DNA of 63,974 nt, the filler included, from Hausera hauseri (Eukaryota): NCBI GenBank assembly GCA_046269625.1. It is 12 parts of 12 records of this genome, joined end to end, with 100 filler letters (N's around TTAATTAATTAA, not from the genome) between each part and the next. Parts side by side here need not be neighbours in the genome. Positions count along the whole stretch, not along the records: positions 59,743 to 63,974 come from JBJURY010686661.1; 11 more parts are not named here. One strand, written 5' to 3'. This document shows, piece by piece, positions 62,637 through 63,974 of this stretch (the stretch's first letter is position 1; each line of letters opens with the position of its first letter). The notes under the pieces were generated by a model, which did not search any database, was not told where the DNA came from, and worked only from the letters and a program-made list of their open reading frames with translations. Position numbers and translations under genes: made by a program.

Positions 62637-63974
62637 TTTGGTTCGATAAATGTTTTTTAATGAATGACATTTCAAATGATTAAGAAACAAATAAATTTTT
62701 ATTTAATTTTCGACTTTCACTATTTAATAATAAAATATTGTGCCATTTTTAAAATTAATAATACATTTTAAATTAATAATATGTCCATTGGCATTTCAAA
62801 TATTATATTAATTCTGGAATAGTGACGATCAAATTTGTAGTTGATTATAAACAATTTGAAATTCTATTTGCGTAAATTATTTTGAGAGTTTTGAATAACT
62901 GACAAAGAAACGAATTTTACTGTAAATCTGCATTTTTGTTTATAGCAAATAGTCAGAGTGATGCAAAATATAATGCTGATTAATAATATGAATAAAAAAT
63001 TTGCCAATGAAATCAAAATAACTCAATTGGAGCTTTCAAATGTTACAGAATTTCTCCCCTATGCGTTTAGGAATTTTGAACTTTGATAAAATTGTCGTTC
63101 ATTTTCTCGAGCTAGTATTCTTTTAATATTCGATTTATATTGTGTTCTGTAAATTCTGCCAATCTAAAATGTATTCGCTTAATTAACAATCGCATATTCT
63201 CTCATGTATCAATTTAGACTATGTACATGAGTTACCGTACACTATAATTCAAATATTTGATGGATATTTTTTATTTCGTTGGAACATCAAGAAAACACTA
63301 TAAATGGAATAATAAAGAACATTAGCTAAAGAAAATTAATGCAAATTTTATCATTGACGTCTATTATTAATGCAGCAGGATGCAATTATCAACAGAATTT
63401 CATCAAGTATTTGTCCATTGAAAAAAACCGATATCAATAGTAAAAACTAACACAATGAACAAAGTTAACATCTACAAGCAAACTATGAATGACCATAACA
63501 GTTTCCTGACGTATAACTAAGTTACCTTCCTTTGTGATGAGTGTGACAGCATTACTCTCATAATCTAAAGGTCGAATAACAATGCTGACAAAATTGAACT
63601 GCCCCTGCAATCAGAGAATTAATCACAGATTTGTCTACAAAATGACCTGGCTGCAAAACATTTATACGCAATTTAATCGTAATAATTATCACCCCTGCAC
63701 TTGAAAGTTTCACAAAAGTATTGCATCTTTTCTTTTTATTTAGTTTTAGTTTAGTTTTTACATCTTCGCACACTCATGTATTTCATTTGTGCTCTGTTCT
63801 CGGGTTAGTGCATGAACTCTGCTCCAACAGTGAGGACCCTGCCATGGGTAGATTTTACTAGAATTTTGCCTGGCCACCAAAGTCTACTCCTTTAATGTTC
63901 AGCCGTCAGTAGATTTTTAACATGCATGACAATGCACACAGATGTCTGATCTCACTACCCGGGTCAGCAAAATA

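Overview
This window is not one locus. It is 12 short contigs joined by artificial 100-nt spacers (N44-TTAATTAATTAA-N44), so adjacency across spacers is meaningless. The DNA is AT-rich and eukaryotic. A 49-nt GT-AG intron and SLC16-, ARMT1-, NEURL4-, DMXL- and UBE2D-like sequences suggest a metazoan with a compact genome, possibly a parasite; the taxon cannot be fixed from the sequence. Most of it is decayed mobile DNA: a complete hAT transposon with TIRs and an 8-bp TSD, two Polinton/Maverick-type protein-primed PolB genes plus a Polinton major capsid gene, and several Ty3/Gypsy retroelements. Two retroelement architectures stand out. (1) At 9440-18960 (minus strand), with a second partial copy at 49592-52186, a Gypsy pol is preceded in frame by a chuvirus-like class III fusion glycoprotein instead of a recognisable Gag. 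It is followed in frame by a second type-I membrane protein with an FN3-like domain. (2) Three copies of a CsRN1-like Gypsy family (about 20300, 32300 and 41800) have a ubiquitin-like leader on Gag ending in R-L/I-x-G-G, suggesting host-deubiquitinase processing. The only clearly intact host genes are two tandem intronless MFS transporters. All family assignments are by-eye motif recognition; no database search was run.
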